This document shows, one piece after another, positions 1-13,096 of a DNA stretch of 64,000 nt (within the stretch, counting starts at the first letter, position 1; each line of letters begins with the position of its first letter). The stretch comes from Antedon mediterranea (lineage: Eukaryota > Animalia > Echinodermata). The position numbers were made by a program, and so were the translations under genes. The notes beneath the pieces are model-generated. The model had not been told where the DNA came from and did not search any database. It was given only the letters and a program-made list of their open reading frames with translations. The DNA lies in NCBI RefSeq assembly GCF_964355755.1, contig NC_092670.1, positions 33,220,388-33,284,387 on the forward strand, given 5' to 3'.

Positions 1-295
1 CAGATCACTGAAGTTAAGCAACGTTGGGCCCGGTTGCGTTCTGGATGGGAGACCGTCTAGAAATCGTGGCGAGTGCTGTATATACTGGAGAGTGATGGTA
101 ATATCGGACTAGCATGTGATAGGCATGGGTTCGAGGTTATCTGTACCATACTAATTGCATCCTTAGGCAAGATGCTTTACTCTCATTGCCTAATCTGGTA
201 GGCGCTGCACTGTTGGCTGCCGTGGGTCCGTGGAGGGCCTAATCCGAATTTCCTCACTGAGGACTAATATTAATACAAAATACAAATAAAAATAA
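1..295 (+). mobile_element. Composite SINE: 5S rRNA-derived head + tRNA-like segment + CORE-like domain + (TACAAA)n tail; 5' end cut by the window edge
   Basis: 1-80 resembles the 3' two-thirds of 5S rRNA (GAAGTTAAGCA..GGGCCCGGTT..TGGATGGGAGACCG..GTGCTGTA). About 87-137 has a B-box-like GGTTCGAGG. About 155-192 (CCTTAGGCAAGATGCTTTACTC) resembles the MIR/CORE motif CCTTGGGCAAGTCACTT. Ends in an A-rich simple-repeat tail. Confidence 0.7.
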
Positions 296-344
296 ACATT
301 GATTACAACATTCTTGCACATGTATTAAGCAATAGACTTAAAGT

Positions 345-2085
345 GGTTATTAAATCAATAGCAAGTACACACCAACAAGGCTATATAAAAGGCCGTTTCG
401 CCGGTGAAAACATTCGGTTAATAAAAGACCTGCTTTATTATTAGAGATTTTATGTTCGATGTTCTAGAAAAGTTTAACTTTGGAATGTTCTTTTGTAACA
501 GGGTAAAAGTGTTATATATTAACGTTGAATGTGTCACAGTTAACAATGGTTGGGTTTCAAACAATTTTTAAATGGAAAGAGGTATTAGACAAGTTGTCCT
601 CTATCTGCTCTGTTATTTATTTTAGTGATCGAGGTAATGGCATCGAGAAGAAGAAACAAAGATGAATATAAGGGTATTAAACTTCCAATTAATAAAAAAA
701 AACATAGGAGCTATAATAAGCCAATTAGCCGATGATACTTTTTTTGTATGTTGGTAATGACAAAAGTAAGACAGTGGTCAGTGTAATTGAACTTTTTTGT
801 GAAGTATCTGGAATGACACTAAATAAAAAAAAAATGCTTTTTTGATTGGTAAAAGGAAGAACAGAATAGATAGTCCTTTAGAATTAATTTTAGGAATATA
901 TGTAGGATATTATAAAGAAGAATGTACCAGAAAAAACTGGGATGTTAAATACTAATAGAGCTAGAAAGCTAGAAATCATGGAATGCTAGAAATCTCTCAA
1001 TTTTTGGTAGAATAGTAATCCTGAAAAGTCTTGTGCTAGCCTATCTAAATTAACATATGCTGCAAATATAACTGAAAATATGTATATACACAAGTTACAG
1101 ATCTACGATATAATTTTATCTAGAAAAGATTAAAGAAAAACTCTAATTGGTGATGAAGAGATGGGAGGCATTAAAATGCCTGATTTTACTTTTCATGTTA
1201 GCGCACTCATGTGTGGCTGGTTAAAAAGAATTATGAATGATGACGATGCTAAATAAATGGAAGTATTCCAATGTATTATATTAAAAAATGTGTTTGTTAG
1301 TTTGTTAGTTAGTTAGTTTATGTTTTACTTAATATGTCATGTTATAGTATTATGATGTTAATTCATATAATATTCCACTGTTTTACAAAAATGTGATAAA
1401 AGTCTACATAAATTATAACAACATCTCAAAAAAAAATTGAAACTTATAACGATATAATGAATGAGCAACTGTTGGAAAACCACTACGTTAAACTAAAAAA
1501 ATTGCTTTTCTACAAGCATTGGATTGCCAGTGGAATTATTCGTATTAACGACATTATTAAAAATAAAACTTGTTAACATCAAAAAAAATACTGGTGAAAC
1601 TACAATGTAAAACAAACTGGTTAAATAAGTATTTTGTGCATTACTAAGGCAATACCAATTCAGTGGAAACGTATTATTAAGAATGCAGATATTTTCAAAT
1701 GTGATGAAAATAATGAGTTAGTTGGGACCAAAATAAGATTAATACTACCAAACTAATATACTCATAGTTTGTGAAAGAATATTTCATTATTCCAATGTCA
1801 CAACTAAAATGGGAAGAGTACTTCAATGATAACAACATATATTGGAAAACATCTTGGTTACGAAAAGTATGTAAAATGAAGGATAAGAAACTAGCACAAT
1901 CAATTATAAGATGTAACATAGAATACTGCTTTCCAACAAACGGCTTTATTAGTGGAAAGTTAAAGAAACACAAACGTGTGACAAATGTGGATAAATTGAA
2001 AATGAAAATCATTTGTTTTTCAGTTGTAGATTCATTCAGAAATTTTGGAGGAAAATAGTTAGTAACATTATCACAATAATATATC
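345..2085 (+). mobile_element. Degenerate L1/Tx1-clade LINE ORF2 fragment (RT and C-terminal part)
   Basis: Translatable remnants GYIKGRFAGENIRLIKD, ERGIRQ.CPLSALLF, QLADDT, LSIFGRIVILKSL and MGGIKMPD with many frameshifts. Homologous to 18085-22535. Cut at 2086 by a Helitron. Confidence 0.85.
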
Positions 2086-2086
2086 A

Positions 2087-3116
2087 TCTATATATAAATT
2101 TACGTAAGGGCAAAAATCGGTAAATCGCGCGTTACTTCTAAAATGTTCACTCAATGATATTATAAAGTTGGTTCGTTCTTTCGGTACTGATTTTAACCCC
2201 TTGATGTAACCCTGTTTACTAATTAAATTGAGTTAGGTAATTGTTATTGACGATTAAAACGAATTTAGGTTCAACAATTTGCCCCAAATAGGGATGTTTT
2301 CCGATCGTTCTGTATATACTGTATAATGGATGCCCATCTTGAAAAATACCCGCTTTGCATTTTCCTATCTCCTCTTACGATAATTGTTTTTAGTAGCTGA
2401 AAACTGGTTGAACAGCTCCAGTACAGCATCATAATGTTGAAGACGACTTTCTTTAAAAATAATTTTGTGATAGATTTAATATACGTTTATACAAAAGGAT
2501 TGCTTGGCAATGAATGGAACATTCCAATCTCTCAGTTACCCACATTTGGTATAATACAAGTAGTTAAATGTATGTGCGCTTCCAGGATAAACTTAAAACC
2601 TTTGACAATAAATACATAAACCATTTTGTCCCATTTGAAGCAATTTTTTAATGTGAGCGTGATGGTACTGTTTAAACACATAATTAAACTGTATTACTGA
2701 CAGTTGCTGCTTAATAGTATTAATAATAATGCAACAAATATATACGTTGTAGTGGTGTATCGTTACATGTTCCTTACTATTTCAATCGACTATGACAGTG
2801 ACAGTCTCAATAAAGTATTACATCGTAAATGTTTTGTGGTATATTATTTATAAAACAAATATGTCATATGATAATGAATATATTTTAAAATGGTTCCTCT
2901 TGGCACCCACCCTCTTACCATCCCTTAACCCTAACGTTACGTACACAATACACATTGGATTAGTTTAAATTTGACTCAAGTAATTCCCATGGTGCTAATT
3001 TTAGTTGACTACTTAAATCACCGTGTCTATTTATTACATACATTTGAAAACGCCAGTTTTTTACGCTGAAATTACTGTGTATTCGAGAAAATACTGTGTA
3101 TTCGATAACCATCTAG
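2087..3116 (+). mobile_element. Non-autonomous Helitron, copy 1 (3' hairpin deleted)
   Basis: A|TCTATATATAAATTTACGTAAGGGC 5' end, CTAG|T 3' end, no TSD. Homologous to 7825-9559, 13097-14386 and 26547-28007. Confidence 0.85.
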
Positions 3117-3270
3117 TATACATAAATACGCCGTAGTAGCAGTTTGAAAAACGGTACCTGTTCCAAACGTGACGATATAGTACTTAATTATGTAGGCCTA
3201 CTTAATGTGTATGTACACATGTTTGTATTGGCTTACTGAATAAATAAGTTAAGTACTAAAATAGACTTAC

Positions 3271-3334
3271 CATCACAAATGACGTAATGGATAGCAATGA
3301 CAATTGATAGTAATATATATCCTTTTGTTCCCAT
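3271..3334 (-). CDS. Signal-peptide exon of C-type lectin paralogue 1 (downstream exons probably left of the window)
   Basis: Encodes MGTKGYILLSIVIAIHYVICD then G|GTAAG (phase 1). Closely similar to exon 10661-10724, which precedes a CTL exon. Confidence 0.7.
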
Positions 3335-6300
3335 TTTGTTTTACTTTCACCTAACTCTGCAGGAAAAGCCTAAAATCAACAATCCTGTTTTAAAAAGTGG
3401 AAACTTTTTCTGATAAAAAAAATTAAATTAAGATAACTAAAATACAGCAAAATTTACTTCTTTTGCAGACTTTATTATGTATATACAGTCGCTCTCAGAA
3501 ACAAAACTGAATTTAAAAGTAAGATAGACAAACAATCTGAAAAATAATTGAACCAATAATATCGTATTATATACATTTGCTTATTCTCTAGTTTTCCGTC
3601 CCACGACGTCACAGCAGCTCTCTCAGTCTCAAGTACAATATTAAGTAACAAAATAGCAACTTACAGTAATTAGGCTAAACGTACATGTTTCCTCTGAAAA
3701 TTAAACGTAATGACCGAGTATTTACAACAATACAAATGTCAATAGCTATCATACAGATATTTCACTTCTTGTATCAAATGCATTTGTTTCTGACTTACGT
3801 TTATTAGGAAAATATACGAACACTTTGCTATTGTTCACTGAAATTAAAATTTAATGAGAATTTTATTAATATATGGCATAAATCGTTATTTCAAAGCATT
3901 TCAAATTTTTGAAGACAACGGAATAACTTTGTATACAACCGTAACAAAAATAAAACGATGCCAAATTAATTTAATTTAGGAATAAATTAGTTAGGCTTAT
4001 AGCTGAATATGTCTAAGTAATAAGTGAGAAATTGCTACTAATTTAAAATTATAATTAATTTGTTGTGGCTATTAAAATCTAAATAATTATATTATAAGAA
4101 AATATAAATAATGTAATTATTTTATAATTTATATATTATAAAATATGATTACAATCAAAAATTATGTATAAAAGTAATAATATAATAAGATATAAGAAGC
4201 ACATGATGATTACAGCTGACTACATTTAAAATGAATTATATTTGTACATTATACATGTATACTTAAATTTAATTATTCAAAATATAACATCATAAGAATG
4301 TGTGTGTAAGTTAAGAAGAAAGTGTAAAAAAGCTATATAGTCTATGTAATGTATTTATAAATGGAAAGAATAAATGTGAGACACACCCACCAAAGAGTAA
4401 AAACGGGAGTATATGCTCATCAAAATGTAAAGGAGTTTTATCCAATAAAGTAGTGGATTGATATATGTACAACCAACGGGTAGAAAAATGATCTTTATTA
4501 TAAATGAAATCAGCAAAAAATAACTCTGTTTCTACTTCAAACCAGAACAGATATAAATGTCACTGAAATAAGGTACAATAAAATGAGTATGATCTCACTC
4601 ACTTTTCGACGGCAGACCCTTAACATGCATATAAAATTTTTAAAAAAACAGCTATAAAGAGAAATGAACAACACCACAAAAAACAACAACAAGTGTGATT
4701 TCCGCCGTCTGAAATTAACCCTGCGATGTTTTCAACACTGATGCGTCGTCGTTTCCCACTTGTGATTGCACAATACAGTACTTTGCGTCAATACGTCGTA
4801 GCGCTTTGAGAATGATGAATCTTCAGTCATATTCATAAGTAGGCCTATGTGATGTGAATATCGTGATGTACATGAATAAGGATAAATAAATGTCTAATTA
4901 GCTTTAATTAAGTACGTTCTTAAATTAATTTAAGGCAGGAATATTACATCTATTCACCACTCTACAGTTTTACATTACCAATCATTTCTGGGTCCCATAG
5001 ATCATATAATCAACACACCTCAAACCTGTTGTGTTTATGTAAATTGTGCCTTATGGTTATGCATCCAGTCTTCAACTAACAATAGTTTCAGTTGACTAAC
5101 AATAGAACAGCAACGCCAAAATCAAACGGGTGAATTTGATTGAATAGGTTTTCTTAAAACTAATTGTTATCAACAAACGTGTATATTGAATGAAATTATG
5201 ATTTAAAATTACAAAGCACAATTTATAACTCTTTCCTCTTGTACAAAAATGAAGTTTTTTGGACAAGTAGTTAATTACTTTGAATTTAAAATGTTGATTT
5301 CTACCGTTGTCAGTTATTACATTTTTAGAACTTTAGAATTACTGGGCGGCTACAAAAACCGGTCACTTTTTGGTCATTGCTTAAACAAACTACTAATATT
5401 TTCGTTGTTAACTGCATCTCATCTTTACAATGTAATTTTTCTTTTGACATTTTCACCTCATCGGCACAAGATCATCATCGCTTTAATATACAGTGTTCAA
5501 AAGTTAGCGTTAAAAAGGTACACACTGGATGGTTTACCGTCTGGTTAAATACCCACACACGCACATAATTTGGGAACGCCCATGAGGTACTAATGGTCTG
5601 GAAAAACGAATTAAATCCAGTCAAATAGAATGTTTCAATAATTACATTTTGTTGATGTAGGCCTTCTGTTTTAGAAACTTGGTGTATAATATATTTTAAA
5701 AAGTGTTAAAAGTTCCTGTATTCACTAGGAATTCCTAATTTAATAACAATACACAATTCCTATATTGTTGAAAAAATGGAAATTACAGTAACTACTGGTA
5801 GCCACCGAACAAAACATTAATAATGAGTGCTGGACGTTGGAATACTGACTGTGAGATCAGCATTGCTTGTGTCTTTAAGCAAGACACTTTACTTACGTTT
5901 CTTATTTTCACCCAGAAAGGGAAGACAGGCATAGCCTAGAATAATCTAACATTAACAAACATAATATGCAGATGTAGATAACTTGAGTTTGATGTATGGA
6001 AACAAGCATCATTATACTTGACAGCATTGGAGCTAGTTTATGGCACTGATATAATATTTTATCTTGATACGATTGTTGGTGGAACTTAATCTTTGACACT
6101 TTGAACGCCGCCTGATGATGATTCTTGGTACTGTAATTTACAAAGAATGACAATTTGCATTATAAAAAAGGATTCAAAGCACGTCATTAGCATATAAAAC
6201 ATATCGGGTCCAATTACAGTTGAAGGGATTCTTTGTCTAAATGTGTTAGATGATGGATGTGTGTGATTGTTTCTGTATCGTATGGCAGGCCTATAGAAAT

Positions 6301-6344
6301 TAAACAACCATACCTAAATCGAAACTCAACAAAAAAAGTAGGAC

Positions 6345-6602
6345 TGTTGAGCAAATGTTGAAATGTGCAAAAAGTCACATTTGTGGAAACAACTACATTT
6401 GTGCAAACATGTTGCCTTCAAAATGTGCAAACAACCACATTTGTGCAAACATGGCATGTATCGTCGTGTATGTATTAGTGGATTATACATTTTTACAGAT
6501 TTGCACCGATGAAGGTGCCATGTTTGCACAAATGTGGTTGTTTGCACATTTGAAGACAATATGTTTGTACAAATGTGAATTTACACATTTCACGGCTCAA
6601 CA
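6345..6602. mobile_element. MITE with TG...CA termini and 5-bp TSD (Ginger-like)
   Basis: TIR TGTTGAGC...GCTCAACA, flanked on both sides by AGGAC (6340-6344, 6603-6607). Interior is arrays of CACATTTG(T)GCAAA motifs in both orientations. Confidence 0.75.
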
Positions 6603-7439
6603 AGGACTATGAACAGAGTACAGAATTGGTATGTTTATTATTTAAGATGGCATGAAAAAATGTTAAAGCTTCAAGTTGTGTAGTACGGTACTTTGATGTC
6701 ATTGACTGTCACAACGGGACTGTTACTTTTGTATTAAAATTAAACTGTTTTGTACAGTATTGTGGTAAGAAGATTTCAGTGCTATGCGAGATATACAACA
6801 ATAATGCGAGTTAGAAAATTAGTTTTTAATTGAACAGAGTATTCGTAGAATATAATTAAAAACGTTTAAGCATTCACCGGCGTTTTTTACCAGTGCACGC
6901 TGCAGTTGTTGTTGCTCCTTTATTGTTAGTGTAGCGCCAGCACGTGTCTTTATTTGGAAGCCATTTTTGTGTGACGTCAAGGCCGGGAAAATTACATTTT
7001 TAGATTTGTCGCAGTCAATCATAAGATCAAAGGACTGTTACAAATTCATATCTTGACATGGCAAGCTGTCCTTCCTGTTGTTACATTACCTTGATCTGAT
7101 TTTATAGATGAAATGTACCACATGCATTGAAAATAATAACACTAACTGTGACTTACACTGTTCACAGATAGCTTGAAAAGTCCAGCTGGCACATGGAACC
7201 TTGCGCCAAAAACCGCCAACTGTATGATCTAGAATTGTACACTCCTCCGTTCCAGGGTTACTGTACCAATCTAAAAGGTCATACTATAATTTTAGCCAAT
7301 TTATTCCTTAAATTAAATGTTAGCATATACAAATTCTATTTAAAAACAAAAATATTTTTCGATGTTACACAATGCAAATGACCAAGCGTTTCAAAATAGG
7401 AGCGCCATTAACCATACCTAAAAGCCAACAATATTATTA

Positions 7440-7697
7440 GTATATGTTTGAGGTCAACTCGCTCCTATTTCTGGTAGAGCAACGATTATTCTCGGATAAG
7501 GAATCTAAACCGTAAGAACAGAGTATACAGTTTGCCCGTGTGCATGCACTTTTAAGAACCAATTCCATTTTTTGAGACGAGTTGGGAGATACCACGGTGT
7601 ACTGATTCTCAAAATTGCCCTTTTCAAGGGGATTACCACCAATCTGATAGGACAGTGATTAATTAAAAATAATAATAATAATTTTATAATAATAATT
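7440..7697 (+). mobile_element. SINE with Meta/MESC-like central domain
   Basis: CTCGGATAAGGAATCTAAACCGTA...GCACTTTTAAGAACC core and (AAT)n tail. Same core at 52465-52660. Confidence 0.6.
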
Positions 7698-7824
7698 CTT
7701 CCTAAATATGGTCTTTAAAAATGTAAACAATACATGTAAATAGATGTAATTATACTTAATAAACAGAACAATTCTTTATATTATAAAATTTTTAAAGAGG
7801 AGACCGACATTTTGCCGTTACGTA

Positions 7825-9559
7825 TCTATATATAAATTTACGTAAGGGCAAAATTCGGTAAATCGCGCCTTACTTTTAGAATTTTTACTCGATGGTATGT
7901 AAAGTTGGTTCGTACTTTCGGTACTGATTTTAACCACCTGATGTAACCCTGTTTACTAATTAAATTAAGTTAGATAATTAGTTATTGACGATTAAAACGA
8001 ATTTAGGTTCAACGATTTGCCCCAGATAGGGGTGTTTTCCGATCGTGGTATACACTGTCTAATGGATGTCCATCTTGAAAAATACCCGCCACAAAAATGC
8101 GAGGAGGCTTCGCATTTTCCTATCTCCTCCTACGATAATTGTTTTTAATAGCTGAAAACCGGTTGAACAGCTCGAGTACAGTATCATAATGTTGAAGACA
8201 GGCCGATTTTCTTAAAAAAAATACTATTTTGATAGATTTAATATACGTTTATACAAATGTATTGATTTGCGATGAATGGAACATTCCAATCTCTGTGTCG
8301 TTCCACAAGTGTCTATTCCCTCAGGCGTCGTAAAGGAAAGTACTGTATACTAAATTTACGTAAGGGCAAAATTCGGTAAATCGCGCCTTACTTTTAGAAT
8401 TTTTACTCGATGGTATGTAAAGTTGGTTCGTACTTTCGGTACTGATTTTAACCACCTGATGTAACCCTGTTTACTAATTAAATTAAGTTAGATAATTAGT
8501 TATTGACGATTAAAACGAATTTAGGTTCAACGATTTGCCCCAGATAGGGGTGTTTTTCGATCGTGGTATACACTGTCTAATGGATGTCCATCTTGAAAAA
8601 TACCCGCCACAAAAATGCGAGGAGGCTTCGCATTTTCCTATCTCCTCCTACGATAATTGTTTTTAATAGCTGAAAACCGGTTGAACAGCTCGAGTACAGT
8701 ATCATAATGTTGAAGACAGGCCGATTTTCTTTAAAAAAATACTATTTTGATAGATTTAATATACGTTTATACAAATGTATTGATTTGCGATGAATGGAAC
8801 ATTCCAATCTCTGTGTCGTTCCACAAGTGTCTATTCCCTCAGGCGTCGTAAAGGAAAGTACTGTATACTCATAACAGAAATTCGATCCATTTTTTTTTTC
8901 AATCTGTGCTGCAGAGGTTGGATATAATTTTTTTTTAAACGGATAATGAGCTAGCGTTTTCAGTCGCCGTAATTTAATATTTATTACCGATTAAATCGAA
9001 TTTATGATTTGCCCCGAATAGAGGTGGTTTTCACAAATTGTTTAACATTATATATAAACATACGTCGTAGTGTATCGTTACATGTACTGTACTATTTCAA
9101 TCGACTACGACGGTGATAGTTTCAACAAAGTATTACATCGCAATGTTTTACTGTGTTTAGTGGTATATTATTTGTAAAACATGTTAATTAATATTTCGTT
9201 ACAAAATAAAGAATATATTTAAAAATTGTTCCTCTTTGCACCCATCCTCTTCCCCATCTCTCAACCATAATGTTACATACAAAACACAAATTAAGTTTGT
9301 TTAAATTTGACTTAAACAATTGGTCTCATTTTGTGACAACTTTCTCATTCGGAAGTAATTCCCAGCAGTGTGCTAATTTTAGTTGAGTACATAAATCACA
9401 GTGTCTATTTAATCGTTCCTGTAAACGACATATATTATTGTCCTGCATTATTGTACATTTGAAATCGGCAGTTTTTTAAAGCTGAAATTACTGTGTATTC
9501 GAGAACCATCTGTGAGCACGACCTAGATGGTACGCGAGCGAAGCGAGCGTACCATCCAG
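7825..9559 (+). mobile_element. Non-autonomous Helitron, copy 2, with internal 518-bp tandem duplication
   Basis: A|TC start. Ends with the hairpin and CCAG|T (mutated CTAG). 7833-8350 is repeated almost identically at 8351-8868. Confidence 0.9.
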
Positions 9560-9983
9560 TGTATGTAATTGTTGATAACCGTCGTTCAAATAAAGATGAG
9601 ATTTAAATTACTCAAACGAGTTATTCTGTTAAGTTAATTTCAATACATCTTACTTATAGAAGCATTAATGGGTAAATAGTATTATTTTGAGTAAAACATT
9701 ATTTATAGGGGTTGACAAAATAAGAGAGGGGAGAGAGAGGTGGGGGAGAGAGAAAACAGAACAACAACACTTTTAACTGCTATAAGTTTGGTAAGTTAAT
9801 AACTTTGAGTTTTTATAGAACCTGTTTTCGGATTGTGAATCATTACAAGGTGTGTGTATGACCATTCTCATTCTCAGAGATTTCCTCATCTGTCTCGTTT
9901 CTAGTTTAAATCACGTTTGGTATAACGGCTATTTTTAGACTAATTGATTATATTCGATCATATACAAATGTATTAAATCATAC

Positions 9984-10724
9984 TTGTATAGGTAGATTTG
10001 CTCCCAGACAGCCATTCAAAGTCACCATCACTATCCGAATCAACGTAGCCAATCCAAGCTCTTTGTAGGACTGTGTTGGAATATTCACTAAGTTGGTCAT
10101 CTAACCAATTGTTTTCGTCTTCGCTCAAAATTTCAACTAACTTGCCATTGAATCTTTGGCATTCTTCTCTAACGGAATTCCACGTAGCTATTTCATTGGT
10201 GAATAAGTAGCATTTAGAAAATGTAGCATTGTAACGCCATCCAATAGGACATTCTAAGAATGAAATAAACTTAAAAATGACCTTATTTTTATTTTTTATT
10301 CGGATTTGGATATTGTGAACAGTACGTCTAAACTTGTTAGATAGGCCTTTTTTGTCCTACTGTGTTTTTTTCTTAATTCGGCTCCAATAATACTAAGACA
10401 GAGATACCTTCACAAAAGTAAAGGATGAAGTATTTATTTTAGTAATATGGAGTTTTATATCTCCCTGGTAGTTTTCTCCTTAGTTTTAATTCTGTAGATG
10501 CCATATTTGGATTTTGTGTATTAATTTGTCATAATGATTTTTAAATATATCTCAGCCCGCCATGTTGGTGCTGAGAAACTCAATACCCTTACTATCAATT
10601 CTGTATTTAATTTTTCTTGTATATCCCCTTATATAATTTTAGTCAAAATTTGAAACTCACCTTCACAAATGACGTAATGTGTAGAAATCAAAATTGACAG
10701 TAATATACCTCCTTTTGTTCCCAT
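9984..10724 (-). CDS. Secreted C-type lectin paralogue 2 (exons 10661-10724 and 9984-10253); possibly a pseudogene downstream
   Basis: Signal exon MGTKGGILLSILISTHYVICE splices in phase 1 to a 270-nt exon ECPIGWRYNATFSKCYLF..W...REECQRFNGKLVEI..ENNW..AWIGYVD..DGDFEWLSG, with the CTLD Cys/Trp pattern and GT-AG boundaries. Confidence 0.85.
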
Positions 10725-11409
10725 TTTTACACCGGTAAATAACCTGTAAACACACCATGAAGTTCTGGGTTAAAAATGACAATCCTAATTTTAAGCAGTA
10801 ATTTATGTTGCAGCGTAAACTTGGTGGAAATAAAAATAAAATATACAGAAAACCTTTAGACTTGATACTTCTTTTGCTGAAGGTCTATGCTACAATATAT
10901 AAACTGTTCATTCTGAACTAAAGGCGTGTAATAAAAACATAAACGATAAATATTAGTAAACGCATACAGCGTTGATTGGCGTACGAAAATCTAATATTTT
11001 TGCTAAAAACGAACGCATTCATTCTTCAATTTTCTCGTCACAGCATTATATAACTTTATCATTTTTTAATCTAACAACACTTACAATTAAGTAGGCTAGA
11101 TAAAAATTCATAACAAATTAACACTTTCAATAAGTAGACTAACAGAGAACTACCTGTATAGTGTTTAGTGAAAAAACTTAATTAATGTTGCTATAAATAG
11201 AAACTCCAAATACCAATCACACATTATACTCCTTTAGAACAATTTTATTTGTTTGTCAATATCAAACATAATATCATTGTTACTACAAGGTTCCATATAC
11301 GTTAACGTTTATTCGTAACAATTAAGAACACTTACCAATTCATTGTTTAGTGAAATCGATTGTTATTATTAGAACAGGTACGTTTGTAAAGTAATTCAGA
11401 AATTCAGTC

Positions 11410-11715
11410 AAGTAGTGATGGCATTGAGTAAAGTACTGACGACATCCCGTAAAGGGTGATGACATTCAATACTGTAGTTATGACATTGAGTAAAGTAGTG
11501 ACGCATCCAGTAAACTAGTGACGATATTAAGTGAGATTAAGAGAGATTACGTTCAGTAAACAGACATGACATTTAGTAAAGAGTGATTACATTTAGTAAA
11601 GAGTGATGACATTTAGTAAAGAGTGATTACATTCAGTAAGAGCGATTTCATTCAATACTGTTGTGATGACATTCAGTAAAGAGTGATGATATTCAAAAAA
11701 GTAGTAGTGATGATA
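11410..11715. repeat. Degenerate minisatellite, about 20-21 bp unit (GATGACATTCAGTAAAGAGT)
   Basis: Repeated TGACATT(C/T)AGTAAAG motifs. Confidence 0.75.
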
Positions 11716-12134
11716 TTGCGCATTATGTGAAATGTTCACATACTAGGTATACAAATGGAATCTCGATTGATAATGAAACTAAAGGACAAGCTTGATCCCT
11801 CGATAGATACTTCATAATATGATCGTCAATAATAACCAGTCATTAGTCATTTCTAATTTAAGTTAGACAGAAAATCACTTTAACTTGGTTTAATACGTAT
11901 AATAAGTATATTATTATTCTTTACTGCATATAACACATTCTTACACTATTGCCATCGAAATCAAACTTGCACTATTGTATATGCATGTGTAAATTATCAA
12001 AAATATTTTGCTACTTTTGAATTTGTACTTGACTTAATCATGATAAACAATGACTACTGTACATGATTTGCTTGTAGCTCAATCAATTTAATGCATCCTT
12101 TTCATCATTTCTTTTAATGTAATATCATCTGTTA

Positions 12135-12329
12135 AGCCTGTTTTCATGTCGACGCTATCATCGTTAATCGTTAAAAGTTCAACGACGATCGGTTGAAAAC
12201 GATCAAGTTGAAATGATGACAATTAGCGAGTACCGTTTCCTGTAAATCGTTAACATTTCAATGTTTACGTAGGAGATCGCCGATTATTGTTAACGATAGC
12301 GTCGAATAACGTCGACAAGAAAACAGGCT
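12135..12329. mobile_element. PIF/Harbinger-like MITE
   Basis: TIR AGCCTGTTTTCATGTCGACG / CGTCGACAAGAAAACAGGCT with TTA TSD on both sides. Confidence 0.85.
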
Positions 12330-13096
12330 TTAGTAAAAGAAAGCGTCCGTTACATAGGACGTTGTGAGAAATGTCCTACCTCATCGACAGGTGGTGAACA
12401 TCGTGTTGGTGGTAATGTTAAACAGCTACAAAAAGTTACAAAAACAGAAAACTGTTCTCTACAGTCATTTGATTGTAATGCCCAGCTGAGCAAATTGCAT
12501 TATAGTTAAACTCAAAGTTTGTTCAAGTTTTATAGTAACTTTTGCTTGTATTGGTTAGGTTTTACAGCATTCAATACAAAATAAATGTTGCATTGACCCA
12601 CTTTTTTTTAATTATGTTTCGCTAACAAAGTGTCTCTTACAAACTAGAGTGAATTCAATATGTTTATTTTTTAAATTGTGATTCGCGGGGGAATCAGAGC
12701 TATGCAGTAATTTACTAACAAATATGTGTATGTTAACATTTTGTATTTATTTGAGGAAAAAATACCAACTGTATGAACGCTCAGTCACGTTTTTCTTCAA
12801 TCTGTTGAGACATAAACAGGAATAATATTGGTTTATGAAAGATTAATTAAGTTAATATATTAGTATGTTTACATTATACTTGTGTACATCATTGCCATTT
12901 GTTTTAGGCCCTATCACGTGTTTATCAGTACTGTATTAGTTTTTGTAAACATTTTGAGAATGGTGTCAATCTTATGAATTCTTCCCATTTAACTTAAAAA
13001 CATTAATTATTTTGTAAACTAATAGTTATTAACATATACATGCCTTATTCCTATGTTAAACAATTAAGGCTATATATTCAGTGTTAATTAAATATA

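Noticed and set aside
1-80. Functional 5S rRNA gene
   Set aside because: Diverged from the 5S consensus, no oligo-T terminator, and it continues into SINE-like sequence.
11720-12430. Candidate terminal exons for lectin 3 (LVCEHFT-stop near 11725; CLTLPPTRC near 12400)
   Set aside because: Too short and no consistent splice phase or CTLD motif, so unsupported.
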